Assembly (NCBI RefSeq): GCF_963921235.1
Contig: NC_086106.1
Span: forward strand, 22,072,001 to 22,136,000
DNA length: 64,000 bases
Reading direction: 5' to 3'
DNA from: Mobula hypostoma
Lineage: Eukaryota
Below are positions 37,643-51,065 of the stretch, piece by piece (within the stretch, counting starts at the first letter, position 1; each line of letters starts with the position of its first letter). Below the pieces are notes generated by a model that was not told the DNA's origin, ran no database searches, and saw only the letters and a list, made by a program, of their open reading frames with translations. The translations under genes and the position numbers were made by a program.

Positions 37643-40233
37643 GTCTATGACCACTATTGCATTCAATTTGAAATGCCAAGGTGACATGACAATTGATTAT
37701 ACTTCTAGGAAACGTCCTTAAAGTTATCATCACAGCACTTGATTCTGATGTTTCCATTGAAAGAGGCACTGATGTAGAATCTATGAAAAATTGCTTTCCT
37801 ACCTGATCGTATGGAATTGATAATCCAATAACACTTTGTGTGGATTTCGTTCCATGGAATATTGTATCTAACCAGATTTTATATTTGTCCTTACTCAATC
37901 AGTTACGAATAGTTCATGTTATTGGATGAATAATACCTTACAAGTGAAATCATTGCAGGTTTATAGGTGTCTGTGCAAATTCCATTTTACATCAAGGTGA
38001 CTTCGACTACGAGTTGCAATATCGGGAAACATGTCTATACCGACTTCTACTGTTATTGATGAATTTTGCTGATGCTATATTTTAGGCTTAAGGAGACAGC
38101 ATTGCTGCCCATCCATGCAACATTACATACTTGAACTATACTGGTATATTCAGTTGTATGGCAATAAGAGAATAAAAGCAAATTTCAATTAGACTCGAAA
38201 CAATTTCCATGGTTTTACAGAAATATTAGAGCAGAAATGTTTGTACCACCATGTATTCACTTTGGTTACTTTCATAAGTGCATTCGAGTGATGGCGGGAC
38301 CGAGTCGGAAGGAAGAATTTCCTGATAACAGGTGTTATTCAGAAACACTGCTGTAAGAGGACAACGCACATATTATTACCTCAAATTACCGAGTACATTC
38401 AAGAACTTTACCGAGGAAGTAATAAAAAAAAACTGCTTTTACAAAGTCCAGGTCTTAAAATGTTAATGGGTTGTAGATACTCGGATGGAGGCAGGGATTA
38501 TTACATATAATCAGGCGCTCGATCGAACGTGAACTCAGACTTCCTGTCTGCAGACTTTTGAGTGATATAGCTGGACAGCTGTCGAGCAGCACTGTGTCCA
38601 GTAGTCTTTATGTCAGAAACCGGTGAAGCTGTATGCTCTAAAATTTGTGACCGTAACATCTTTGTTGTCTCTCCATTATTCCTTATAACAATTTCCTGTT
38701 TATCAATTCGTGGAAGGGGTGAATTTTGTCATTGTCTGTTAAAGTTTTGCAAAACTGAACAGCTCAAACGAGAATGTTTTTTTGTTTCACTCTGTAAGAC
38801 TCCATGACCCTTGGAAAAATCATAGATACATCAATTGCCGAAATCGAGAAATGAATATGATGCCCGAGCTACTTTCATAATGCTATGTCTACCTGAGTAT
38901 CTAAAATACTTTAAAAACAGAAAAATGTATAAAATGTATATTGTCTTATTTTACTTCTTTGGAATTGGACGGTCTTGAATATCCTGAACTGCATTCAATT
39001 ATTTGGGCAGAGATTTGAAGACAGGAGCCGTTCCACATTTCTTTTTCCTGCGATCCGTACATGACGGTCTTCATACACCACCACAGCTGCACAAATAGGG
39101 GTTGAGAGAGACTCCCCACAACGAGCGTTGTGATCATCGAGGTTCACCGGCACACATACAAGTCAGGATGGAAAACTGTTTTAACACAAGGATTGCATAG
39201 GTGGCGCAACGACAGAGTCCCGCCGTCCTTTGCTAATTCAGTAGAGCTGGAGACATGTGAAACACAGTCCATATGGCATTATGAAAACAGGACATTCATT
39301 TTCCTCAACTACAGGGCCATCCAATGAAAAGAAAGAGGCTTAAATCTAACGGCTACAAATGGTTGATGAGGGTAGATGCTGGGTGGACACTGCAGTTCCT
39401 GAAGGTTCTGCAAGGAACACTTTGACCACACCGACCAGTCCAGTGAAGAGAACAATAAATTATCCTTGCAGATCTCAATGTATCACGCGAGGACGGATAC
39501 GACGAGGCTTCCTAGACGAACATCCTGAAGAACCAGTCCTTAGTCTCCGCGTGCAGGTACAATAGATGGTAGACTTGGCTGTTCCATTGGCATTCGGTGT
39601 GGCATTGGCATTGGCATCCTGCCTGTTTGGCATGGATATTGCTCTCTGCGCTGGGCCTTGATTAAAAAAAAAGCAAGAACCAAGCAGCATGCAGGATGGG
39701 CGAGCAAGCAGATTGCACCTCTGTCTGGATATCGAGCAGGCAAAAGCAGTTGAGCTGCAAGTCAAAAGTAGATGACAGTGACATAGCCCTAAATGCTGAC
39801 CCGCTCAATGGGGACCTACTGATTATGGGTCGATCACCCCCCTACCCCCGCCATTAGGGTTGTGCACCACCTGACGACGCCAGTTTCTGGCCAAAGGCTT
39901 CGGCTACCTCATCAGCTAACTGAGGAGAGCAATTCGTGCATGAACTTACAATTTACTAATTTAAAATGCAGGTTTCCCTTTTTTTTTTTACCGTGTTATC
40001 AAATACTTCATTTAAAAACTATGTCAGCTGCAGAAATTATCAACTGAATAAAATATCTTATATTCGTTTTAAATATGTTACATACTTTCAGACTAAATTT
40101 AAATTAAAATATCTACGAAAAAGAATGATCTTAACATCATGCATTATATTGTTTCACTGGCATTAATGGACGTGTTGGTACACAGCGTGTTTTGGTTCGG
40201 AAACACATGCATTACGAACTGAAAGCTGCACCT

Positions 40234-40555
40234 CATAGAAACATAGAAACCTCTAAACATAGCAGACTTACAGCACAATACAGGCCCTTCGCTCACAGAA
40301 TTTTGCCGAGCATGCAATACCTTAGAATTTACTTGGATTGCCTATAGCCCTCTATTTTGCTAAGCTCCATGTACCTATCTAAAAGCTTCTTAATAGACTC
40401 TATATTATCCCCCTCTACCATCGTTGCCGGCAGCCGATTCCACGCACTCAGCACTCTCTGAGTAAAAAACGTACCCCGGACATCTCCTCTGCACCTACTC
40501 CCCGCATCTTAAACCTGTGTCCTCTTATGACAATCATTTCAGCCCTGCGAAAAAG
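40234..40555 (-). mobile_element. CR1 3' end
   Basis: (catagaaa)n tail; inverted homolog of about 43230-43552. Confidence 0.85.
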
Positions 40556-40899
40556 TAACCATGAATAAAACAAAAAAAAGCACACTAACCTTATGCCTAT
40601 TCCGAAAATGTATCTAAATATATTATTGAGAGAAAAAGCAAATCAATGTGAATGCGTTAGGTGACTTACAAAACATCGATTTGTCATTTCTCAAACAGAT
40701 TGCTTTAACATATTCCATTAGGTACCTTACAATACAGCCAACACAGACAAATACACAAACACACACCACAGAAGAAATATTATTAAAGCCATTTGCGCTG
40801 CAAATTTTCGAGCTGATTTATAGACTGGAGCAGTCCAGAAAACTGGCAGTGATTCCATAAACAAATAATTTGAGAAATTTTAAAAGAGCCGATGGTTGC

Positions 40900-43552
40900 T
40901 TTAGCAAGTTTGCTTTAAATTCTTTTAATCCAGCGGGCAGCTGATTGAGAGGAAACACACTGATAGAACGTTGACTCAACGGGCTTAAGCGGCAACGTGA
41001 CGAGACAAGGTAGGTTCACTGGTGTTATTTGTGGAAAGGAGGAGGTATGTGTGTAAAGCCAACTTTCTGTGTTCAGTGTCAGATGAGGGAGGTTCCGGAG
41101 TCTCCCAGCCTCCCGGACGGCGATATCTGCATGCGGTGTGTCGAGCTGCACCTCCTAAGGGACCGAGTTAGGGAACTGGAGATGCAGCTCGATGACTTCG
41201 CCTGGTCTGGGAGAGCGACGAGGTAATAAAAAGGAGATTTCAGCACCTGGTCACACCGGTGTCAGGGGAGACAGAGAAGTGGATCACAGTCAGAAGGGGG
41301 AGGGGAAGAGTCAGATACGAGAGAGTACCATGGCGGCTGTACCCCTTGACAATAAGTACTGCTGTTTGATTGCTGTTGGGGGATGGACAGCCTACCTGGG
41401 GAAGTGATAGTGGCCATGCCACTGGCACAGAGTCTGGCCCGGTGGATCAGAAGAGGAAAGCTCTTGTGATAGGGAACTATACACTTAGGGAGTAAGGGGA
41501 ATTCTATACTTAATTGGAGAAAGGGAAATTATGAGGCCACCAGGAAGGAAATTGAAAGCTTAAATTGGACAAAGATTTTCTCCGGTATGTAAGAAATGTG
41601 GCAAATGTTCAGGCGACATATGTGAGGAGTTTTGCATAGGTACGTTCCAATGAGACAGGGAAGTTATGGTAGGGTACAGGAATCGTGGTGTACAAAGACT
41701 GTAATAAATATAGTCAAGACGAAAATAAAAAGATTACGAATTGTTCAGAGAGCTAAGTGATGTTAGAGATCTGGAAGGTCAGAAGGCTAATGGGAAGGAG
41801 CTAAGAAGGAACTTAGGAGAGACAGAAGGGGCCATCAGAAGGCCTTGGTGGGCAGGATTAAGGAAAATCCCAAGACATGCTACAAGTATGTGAGAAGCAA
41901 GAGGATAAGACGTGAAAGTATAGGGCCTATCACGGATGACAGTGAGAAAATATGTATGGGAACGGAGGAAATAGCAGAAGTACACAATGAATACTTTTCT
42001 TCAGTATTCACTATGGAAAATAATTTTAGTATTGTAGTGATTACTTGCAGAAGACTGAAAAGCTTGAGATTGTAGATATTTAGGAAAATGATGTGTGGGA
42101 GCTTTTGGAAAGCATCACGACGGATAAGTCGCCAGGAACGGAGAAGATGTACCCCAGGCTATTGTGGGAGGCGAGGAAGGAAATTGCTGAGCCTCTGGCC
42201 ATAATCTTTGCATCACCAATGGGGACGGGAACGGTTCTAGAGGGCTGGAGTGTTGTGGATGTTGTTCCTTTATTCAAGAAAGGGAGTAGAACTAGACCAG
42301 AAAAATATAGAACAGTTACTCTTAACTCAGCGGCTGGTAAGTTGCTGGCAAAGATCCAGAGAAGCAGGATTTATCAACATTTTGAGAGGTATGATATGAT
42401 TAGAAATAGTCAGCATGGCTTTGTAAAGGGCAGGTCGTGCATTCCGAGCCTGACTGATTTTTTTGAGGATGCGACTAAACACATTGATGAAGGAAAGCAG
42501 TAGATGTAGTGCAAAAGGATCTCAGCAAGGGATTTGATAAGGTAACCCACGCAAGGTTTATTGAGAACGTAAGGAGGCATAGGATCCAGGGGGAAATTGT
42601 TTTGCGGATACAGAACTGGCTTTGCTGATGTCGAAAAGGTTGGAGGTGCTGTGGATAGTGTGGAGTGTTGTTAGAGGTTACAGCCGGATATTGATAGGAT
42701 GCAAAACTGGTCTGAGAAGTGGCAGATGGAATTCAACCCAGATAGTGTGAAGCGGTTCATTTTGGTATGTCAAATATGATGGTAGGATTTTGCATTACCG
42801 GTAAGACTCTTGGCAGTGTGGAGGATCAAAGGGATCTTGGAGTCCGCGTCCATAGGACACTGAAAGCAGTTGCGCAGTTTGACACTGTGGTTAAGAAGGC
42901 ACGCGGTTTATTGGCCTTCATCAATCGTGGAATTGAATTTAGGATCCGAGAGGTAAAGTTACAGCTACATAGAGCCCTGGTCAGGCGCACTTGAAGTACT
43001 GTGCTCATTTCTGTTGCCTCACTAGAGAAAGGATGTGGAAGGCGTAGAAAGGGTGCAGAGCTGATTTACGAGGATGGTGCCTGGATTGGCGAGCATGCCT
43101 TATGAGAATAGGTTGAGTAACCTTAGCCTTTCCGCCTTGGAGCGACGGAAGAAGAGGCGTGACCTGATAGAGGCATATAAGATGATAAGAAGCATTGATT
43201 GTGTGGATAGTCAGTGTTATTTTCTCCCAGGGATAAAATGGTTGTCACAAGAGGACGCAGGTTTAAGATGGCGGGAGGGGTGGGGTGAGTAGGTACAGAG
43301 GAGATGTGAGGGTTATTTTTTTAAATTTTTTACTTAGAGAGTGGATAGTGCGTGGAATGGGCTGCCGGCAACGGTGGTGGAGGCGGATACGATAGGGTAT
43401 TTTAAGAGAGTCCTGGACAGGTACATGAAGCTCAGAAAAATAGTGGGCTATAGGTAAGTCTAGTAATTTCTAAGGTAGGGACATGTTCAGCACAACATTG
43501 TCGGCCGAAGGGCCTGTATTGTGCTGTAGGTTATCTATGTTTCTGTGTTTCT
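40900..43552 (+). mobile_element. Internally deleted CR1 (5' end, ORF1 zinc finger, ORF2 fragments, 3' UTR)
   Basis: CVQCQMRE...CMRCVELHLLRDRVRELEMQLDD; QHGFVKGRSC; 3' tail tttctgtgtttcta. Confidence 0.88.
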
Positions 43553-44229
43553 AAATTGTTTTGGCGTACATAAAGAACGTCTCAGAAGTAACAACAAGTT
43601 GGTTGACCAATACCACATCATAGCTGCTCACAAAGCGACTGCAGCTTTGCGGAGAAACATCGAACACATAGCGTAGCAAAATATGACTTATATAACACAT
43701 TTTGAATTCAACCTTCAGTGAACTGACTGCGATAAGCACAACGTTCGGAAAAAAACAGGAAGAAAATTATCTACCGTGCTAAACGAGCAGCAGCTTAGTA
43801 GCAGAAGATATGACCTTTTCGCTTGTACAGCTCATGATGAGGAAGAATGACTATTTCAAGAGAACAAAAGTCAGATTCTTCATTCCAGTTAAAAAAAAAA
43901 CACAGAACAAACGCGCGAAAAATTCTCCAAACGTGGATATCTGCAGAAGGATTCATGAAGAAAAACGTGCGCAGAGAGATACGGAATATTAATCCTTCAG
44001 GAGAGAAAAAAAAATAAACAACAGCGACATAAAATCAACGCATTTCAGCAACCTTGCGATCTGAAAAGGCAAGCAAAAACGTCTAACGCTGTTCTCCCGA
44101 AACTAGTCTGTCAGAATCTACTGTTGTTAAACTGTTCGCAATGCTTTCAAGCAGCTAACCCCATCACGTCATCTAATTAATATTAATTCGTCCTGCGGAG
44201 GACTATGTAAGCAGGCATTGCCGTTGATA

Positions 44230-44945
44230 GAATGGCACATCTGAGGCTGCTTACCAAGTTAAGATCCCTTGGTATTACAGGAATTTTACTAACACGGATA
44301 GAGCATTGACTGATTGGTATGAGATTGCGAGCGGGAGTGAAAATATCCCTTCCTGGTTGGCCGCCAGAGAATAGAGATGTTCAGCAGGTGTCGGTGGTCG
44401 GACCAGTTCTTTTTATGATGTACATAAATGATTTAGATGATGGAATAGATAGTTATTTTGCCAAATTTTGCAGATAATACGAAGGTTGGTGGAGGGGCAG
44501 GTAGTGTTGAGGAAACAGGTAGGATACTGAAGGACTTACACAGGATAGGAGAATGGCAAGAAAGTGGCAAATGAAATACAATACTGTAAAGTGCATGGTA
44601 ATGCACTTTGGTAGTAGAAATAAAGATGCGGACTATATTCTAAACGGGGATAAAATCCATCTGTGTAGATGCAGAGGAACTGACGAGTACTTGGGCTGAA
44701 TACACTGAAGTTTAATTTCCAGGCTGAGTCGGTGGAAGGTAAGGAAACTGCCATGTCAGCAATCATTTCATGATATCCAGAATACAGGAGAAAGGATGTA
44801 ATGCGGAGGCTTTGAAAGACACTGATGAGGCCTCACCTTGAATATTGTGAACAGTGTTTGGCCCCTTACCTTAAAAAAAAGGATAGTTGGCATTGGAGAA
44901 TGTCCATGGAAGGTTCACAGGATATTTCCAGGAATGAAGTGTTGT
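44230..44945 (+). mobile_element. CR1 RT fragment
   Basis: ataaatgatttagatg, gataatacgaaggttggtgg, aagtggcaaatgaaatacaat (INDL, DDTK, KWQMKYN motifs). Confidence 0.75.
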
Positions 44946-44952
44946 ACTGTAT

Positions 44953-47516
44953 CAGGATAAAGGTTTCGGGCTGAGCGCTGTCGTGTTCGTCATCCGGAGT
45001 CTGTCGCCCTCCGAGAGACAGAAAAAAAAACTGCCCCACACACAATTTGGAATTTCTGGCGTTGAAATAGGCGGTAGTGGATAAGCTGAGTGCCTACCTC
45101 TACGGGGCAAGTTTGAGGTGAGGACGGCCAACAACCCTGAACTTCCATCGTGAATTCGGCGAAACTGGATGCCACAGGCCATCGGTCATTGGCGGCGTTC
45201 TCTGCCGATGATCTCAGCCTGAAGTAACGGCCAGGAAGCAGGAACGTTTATGGTGACGCTTTGCCCCGACGGGCACATGAGCGACTGGCCAGGGACGAGG
45301 AATGGGAGATCGTTAGTGCCCCGGGCGTGAAGGCCCTGTGTCAGTTGACCATCACCATTAAATCAGAGGAAAAGGAGAGGCACGACTGAGAGATGGATCA
45401 ATGGGGGGATTGTGATGACGCCATCCCCCAATTTATTGTCACCTGACTGCTCTGAAGACAAATCAGCTGCCGGTAATGAGCTCCAGGGAAATTGCTGCTG
45501 CTCAGCGAGATTATCCGGGCAGTCGTACCATTTGGGCGGCTGCTGAACTGGGAAACAAGGCTCAGGCGGAGAGGGCGAATTACGCGTCGGTGCCTGCATT
45601 AATAGGAAAATGGCCTCGGTTGGAGCTGAAGAATCAGATCTTTTACCGGATCACGTCACCCTCAGAGCGATCCCGGCGTTGCCAGCTGGTTCTGCTACGA
45701 GACGTACTGGAAAACGATGTTGAGATCACTTCATGATGATTCTGAACATTTCGGGGTGGAAAACGACCTATGGATTGCTGAAAGACCGGTTTTACTGGCC
45801 CCCAAGAGAGTCGGAGGACCAACAATACTGCAGGTCATGCAGTCGATGCAAACGGCAAAAGACACTGCCTACGCGGGCAGCTCCCTTGTCCCACCTGCAG
45901 AGTGCTGGGCCTCTGGACATGATGTGTAACGATTTGTTGTCAATAGAATCCGACGTCAGCAACACGGTGATATATTTTAGTCACCCCGGACCACTACATC
46001 AGATATTCTCAGGAAATTTCTAACAGGAACCAGTGAGCGTCAACGGTGGCGAAGGTGTTCTGAAAGAAGTATTTCATTTATTTTGACCTCGCCAGGCGAA
46101 TACAGCGTGAGCAGCGACGAAATTTGGAGAGTAGACTCTTCTGTGAGTTACTGGGCATGCTTGGATTCCAGAAATCGAGGGCATCGTTGTATCATCCACA
46201 GGGTGATCTCCAGCTAGAGAGGTTTGAAGGGACTTTGCTAGACTTGCTCGCGACACTGGAGATCAGCAGGATGCGCAGTTGGAGGCAACATATTGGCACC
46301 TGGCTCAGAGTTATAATTGTACACGAAATGAAGCTACTGGGTCAGTCAGTCATTCAGTGGATGCCGTCCCGAACCCGGGGTTGGCGGCTATGCATCTCGA
46401 TCTTCTTCGATATTGCGATTGCTGCTGGATACTCGGCATATTTTCTGATGTTTAGGAGCGAGGCAAGTTTGCGCATTGACCTTTGTTTTGGGACTGACGA
46501 GGGGGACTTACCACTGAAGACTATCTGAAGTATGAGTCTGACATAAGAAGAGAGTCGAAAAGGGCTTATGAATTAGTTGGTGTCGCGGCTGCCCAGCAGA
46601 ATGAAGGGACTAAGGGAAGGTATGTTCAAAAGGTAAGGTTTCGCATCTCTTGCCGAGACCCAGAGTCCTCATGAGGAATTTGGGGCTACCTGGAAAGCTC
46701 AAGGTGGCTGTCCGCTGGGCGGCTACGATCTATGCGCCCTATGCGCTGGAGAGTCCGATGCCAAACTAGCTTTCCGGGTGAAACCACAGGATGGGAATGG
46801 TCCTTTCAAAATTCTCTATTGGAATCACCTGTTGCCTCTCAATTGACCCAGAGCCAGACATGGAGCCTACACCTAGTAAGAGGTCCATTAGGAAACGCGG
46901 GGTGTCTAGCGGGCCCAAATAAGCGAGGTTAGGGCGGCCCCCACACCTGAGAGGGATACTGATTCGGAGGATGAGGTCCTGGATGTGTGGTATATGCTGC
47001 ATTTCGCTAACAACCAGTGACTGAGGAAGAGACTACCGACCCTTCTCCGATTGAGACAGGTGAAATTGTGGGGGAGGGGCTATCTGTGACAGTCTAAGTT
47101 ACAGCCGGACTCTGCAGGTGAGGAAGCGGGTTTTGATCACAGAACAGTGGGCTCCGATTTGCGGGTGGGCACGACTGATAGATCGGGGGAGGCCTCATCA
47201 GGTGGACTGGAAATATCCACAGTAGTTTCGGAGCCTGAAGAGTTAGACGTTGTGTTGCGGGGATCTCAGAGAATTAGGAGAATTAAATAGGCTGGCCTAT
47301 GTTGCACCAGGTTAACAGAGTGTGACCGCGTACTGGGTTGAGTAGCTATGTCACTGGCTTTTACACCAGGATTGGGCTTAGTGTTTTGCAGGAAGGGTTG
47401 GCGAATTATCTCAAAGTCATGAGGACGTGACTTATTCCAGTGGGGGATGAGCGTAACATGCTGTAGGATTTCACTGCTTTGTAACATGCTATACGTTTTC
47501 ACTGAAAATGTAATTT
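44953..47516 (+). mobile_element. Decayed Gypsy RNase H-integrase region with PPT and start of 3' LTR
   Basis: LEFLALK.AVVDKLSAYLYGASLR, DRFYWP...YCRSCSRC, SLYHPQGDLQLERFEGTLLDLL; gtgggggatgag then cgtaaca at 47452. Confidence 0.8.
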
Positions 47517-48840
47517 TGTTACAATAAGCTACTGAAAGCGGAAACAAGTGCAGGACACAGACATGGAGGTAACATTCACAGAGGTATGCTTATTACTAGT
47601 TGCAAAAAAGGCCGTAGAGGAAGTGTTAGCTGCTTACGTGGGCGGTAACCATAGACAGGAAACCGGAGGAGCCTGGACCTGCAGCTTCGTACTGGAGTCT
47701 GGACAGGGACACGGAGTCTGAACTTCGACTTGGACAAGGAACCTGGACTTCGACTCCAACACGCAGCCTGGACTTGGACTCCGACTCCGACATGGAGCCT
47801 AGATTTGGAATCGGACACTGAGCCTGAATCTGGACTCGGACACCGAACCTGGACTTGAACACGGATGGTGAATCTGGATTTGAACTCCGACGCGAATCCT
47901 GGACTTGGCGTCGGACGCGGAACCTGAGCTTGGACTGGGACTCGGACTCAGAGTCTGAACTTGGACTCGGGACGACAAAACTAAACAAAGACAGAAAAAT
48001 CGTACCTTGGTCCGGAACAGCGGCAAACGTCCTGCAGAACTCAGCTGGAGGCGAGACGACAAAACCAAGCAAGGGTAGACGATATGCATCTTGATTCGGA
48101 GTTGCGCAAACGGCCTGCAATCCTTAGCTGGACATGAGACGACGAAACCCAATAACGACAGACAATTCGTATCTTGACCCGGAGTTGCGGCAAACGGCCT
48201 GCAGTCTTCAGTTCAACACGAGACGATAAACTAAACAGCGACGGAGAATACGTATCTTGACTCTGAGTAGCGGCAAACGGCCGGATAACTCAGCTGGACA
48301 GGAAAACGACAAAATTCACAAAGCAACCCCAAGAATCGAAGCAACTTGCAGTCCACTATTCTCGGCGGCCAGGAACGTGCGTTGCCGCACTGCTCAGGAG
48401 ACGGACCAGCTCTGAGCAGATGTAAGCGGGAGTTTTAATTCTGCTGGTTCGGATGAAGATCAGGGGACCCAATCAAGGAGCTCCGTAGAACACGGGGAAA
48501 AGGAAATTGACTGAAATGATGAGTGAATGGACCGGACAGTGATAGAAACCCACCCACTGGTGGGAGGGTCCAGGGGACTCAGCAGCCTTGCCCGGATTAT
48601 CGACGACCAGGGCGGTTGGGGGAGTATTTACAGGAGAGGACTCTGTTTAGCGAGAGTTTGTAAGACATTTTCTAAGTCCGCTGGGTCCGAGATTGACTGG
48701 TCCGTTCTGTTACAATGAGAGATTCGGAGCGTGCTCAAGTGCAGGCTACAGACAAGGAGGTAGGATTAACAACAGCATACCAGACCTCTTTGTATCTAGT
48801 CAAAACCCAAACATTGCTGCTACAAAGAAACCATTTGACA
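47517..48840 (-). mobile_element. Collapsed LTR element (LTR with 6-bp and about 84-bp arrays, gag-start remnant, second LTR end)
   Basis: tgttacaat...caagtgcagg.acagaca.ggagg occurs at both 47517 and 48708; (ggactc/ggactt)n at 47690-47970; about 84-bp units start at 47972, 48056, 48139, 48223, 48306. Confidence 0.65.
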
Positions 48841-49330
48841 CGGCGGGGGTCCGTTGACTCCTCATTTCAGTTAATTTTCTCATTCTCGTGTTCTACGGGG
48901 CTCTTTGATTAGGGCACAGATTTTCATCCTTACCAGCAGCATAAAGACTCCGACTTACATCTACTCAGGGCTCGTCATTCTCCTGAGCAGTGCGGCAATG
49001 CAGGTACAGGGCCGTCAAGAATAGTGGACTCAAATTGCTTTGGTTCCTGAGGTTGCTTTGTTAATTCTGTCGTTTTCATGTCCAGCTGAGTTAGCTGACC
49101 GTTTGCCGCTCCTCCGAGTCAAGATACAAACTCTGTTGTTTTCGTAGGCAGATGAGAATTGCTGGTCGCTTGCCGCTACTTGAGTGAAGATAAGAATTAT
49201 CTGTCGTTCTTTGGTTTGTCCTGTCCATGCTCCGTGTCCGAGTCCAAACCCAGGCTCCGTGCCCGAGTCCAAGTCCAGGTGCCGGGTCCACGTCCAAGTT
49301 TAGCCATCGTTTCCCAATCAACAACGTAAA
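48841..49330 (+). mobile_element. Same-family LTR fragment in inverted orientation
   Basis: Reverse-complement match to about 47700-48545, e.g. ctcctgagcagtgcggcaa...gaatagtggact. Confidence 0.75.
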
Positions 49331-50544
49331 AACCTGGGCCTCCATATCTCCTTCTGTAAATAGGCCATTGAGGTATTAAGGTGAGGTCACAGTATGTGCT
49401 GTTTGGAAACAATATTTCCTTCTCGTTGTAAAGCAAAGTTTTGTGCAGCTAGACTGTGTGTTTAGCCCACTGCTCCACTCTCATAACACCAGGACTCTGT
49501 GGCCAGCAACAGCTCAAAGGTATTTATATGTTTGCCAATGACAGAACTATATTTTCAAGATGCTTCCCATAGTGATAAAGATCGAGCCACAACTGCTCAA
49601 GCGCGTGAACACCAGCTAGTTAGAACAGAGAGAAAAGTTTGAATGGATTTAGCTTTATAGAGTGGGTGTCCAAGGAGCGGGAGACGGAGTAGAGGTAGAC
49701 AGACTATTAGGGCTTTCGCTTAAGGGGGTTTAAACGATAGCATGTCGAGAGGGGGTCAGTTACTTCTGAAGAAGAGAAACAGGAAGTATCTGCGTAAGGC
49801 CCGTGTTCTGTACTGGGTGTCAGATGTGGAAAGTGCCGGAGATTCCAGACTGCCAGACGACCACAACTACGACAGGTGCGTCGACCTGCAGCTGTTTAGG
49901 GACCGAATTAGCAAACTGGAGATGCAAACCGCTGAACTACATCTTCTGAGGAAGGGTGAAGAGATGATAGAGAGGAGCGAGAGACAAGTTTTCATATCGG
50001 GGCCTCGGGAGACAGGCAAACCCGTACTAAAACGACATGTACTTGAAACCGAGGGGACCAATATCCTGGTAGGGCGGTTTGCAAAGGCTATTGGGGACAG
50101 CTTAAACTAGAATTGTTGGGTGTGGGAAACAAACTGAAGAGATGGAGGAAGGAACGGTTTGTACACCGTGCGAGAAGGAGGATAAGCAGATGACAGAGAA
50201 GCGTTGTGCTCAGACGGTTGTTTTGAGATGTGTCGATTTTAGTGCAATGAGTATAAAGAACAATGATGTTGAGCTTATAGCGTGGATCAGTATTGAAGCT
50301 ATGATGTTGTGGCCATTACAGAGAGGTGCATGGCTCAGTGGTAGGAATGGTTACTAGAGTACCAAACTTTAGAAGTTTTAGAAAAGACAGGGTGGGAGGC
50401 AAAAGAGGTAGGGGCCTGGCACAGCTGATCAGAGATATCGTCACGGCTGCAGAAAAAAAAATAGAAAGTCATGGAGGGATTGTCTACTCCGTGTCTGTGG
50501 ATGGATCTCAGGAACTGGAAGGGGTCAATAAATCTACTTGGTGA

Positions 50545-51065
50545 TTTATGTATGTATATAATTAATTATTTGTTGCAATACCAACAAATTGCATTCAATA
50601 CAACCAGTTGCCAATTACATTTGACTGTTCATCACCATCCTCCGCTACCCCTCTCTCTCCCATCATTCTGCCCTCCATCTAACAACTGAATAATAGTACA
50701 TACACAGACATAGCATTCCTATTTTAACAAAAGATCTTTTAAGTTAGATATCAAATTTGTCCACATTATGATTGTGTTTGGTCATGCATCATTTACTCTT
50801 GCTGATGAAAGTTCCAGGTAAGAAATGTCCAAAAAGCTCCGAAGCCAGTGAATATTTGAAATATCATGCGGAGGTTTCCAACGCTGTACTACAATCTTCT
50901 TAGCTGCAGTCAGGCCAGACAGCCAAAGTTTGCGTGTTTTTTTATAGTCCATCCAATAGTAATAGGGACATCGTGGAACGATAGGGAGGCAGATTTTGGA
51001 ACGGTATAATAATAACATGGTTGCGTGTTCTGAGATTTAAGTTTTCAAATATTGATTGTCATCTC
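50545..51065 (-). mobile_element. L1-clade LINE 3' end nested in CR1
   Basis: LTAAKKIVVQRWKPP...HWLRSFLDISYLE resembles the fish-type L1 ORF2 C-terminus; A-rich tail at the left end. Confidence 0.7.

Noticed and set aside
38590-38596. Perfect heptamer CACTGTG
   Set aside because: No nonamer at 12 or 23 nt and no V, D or J coding sequence adjacent.
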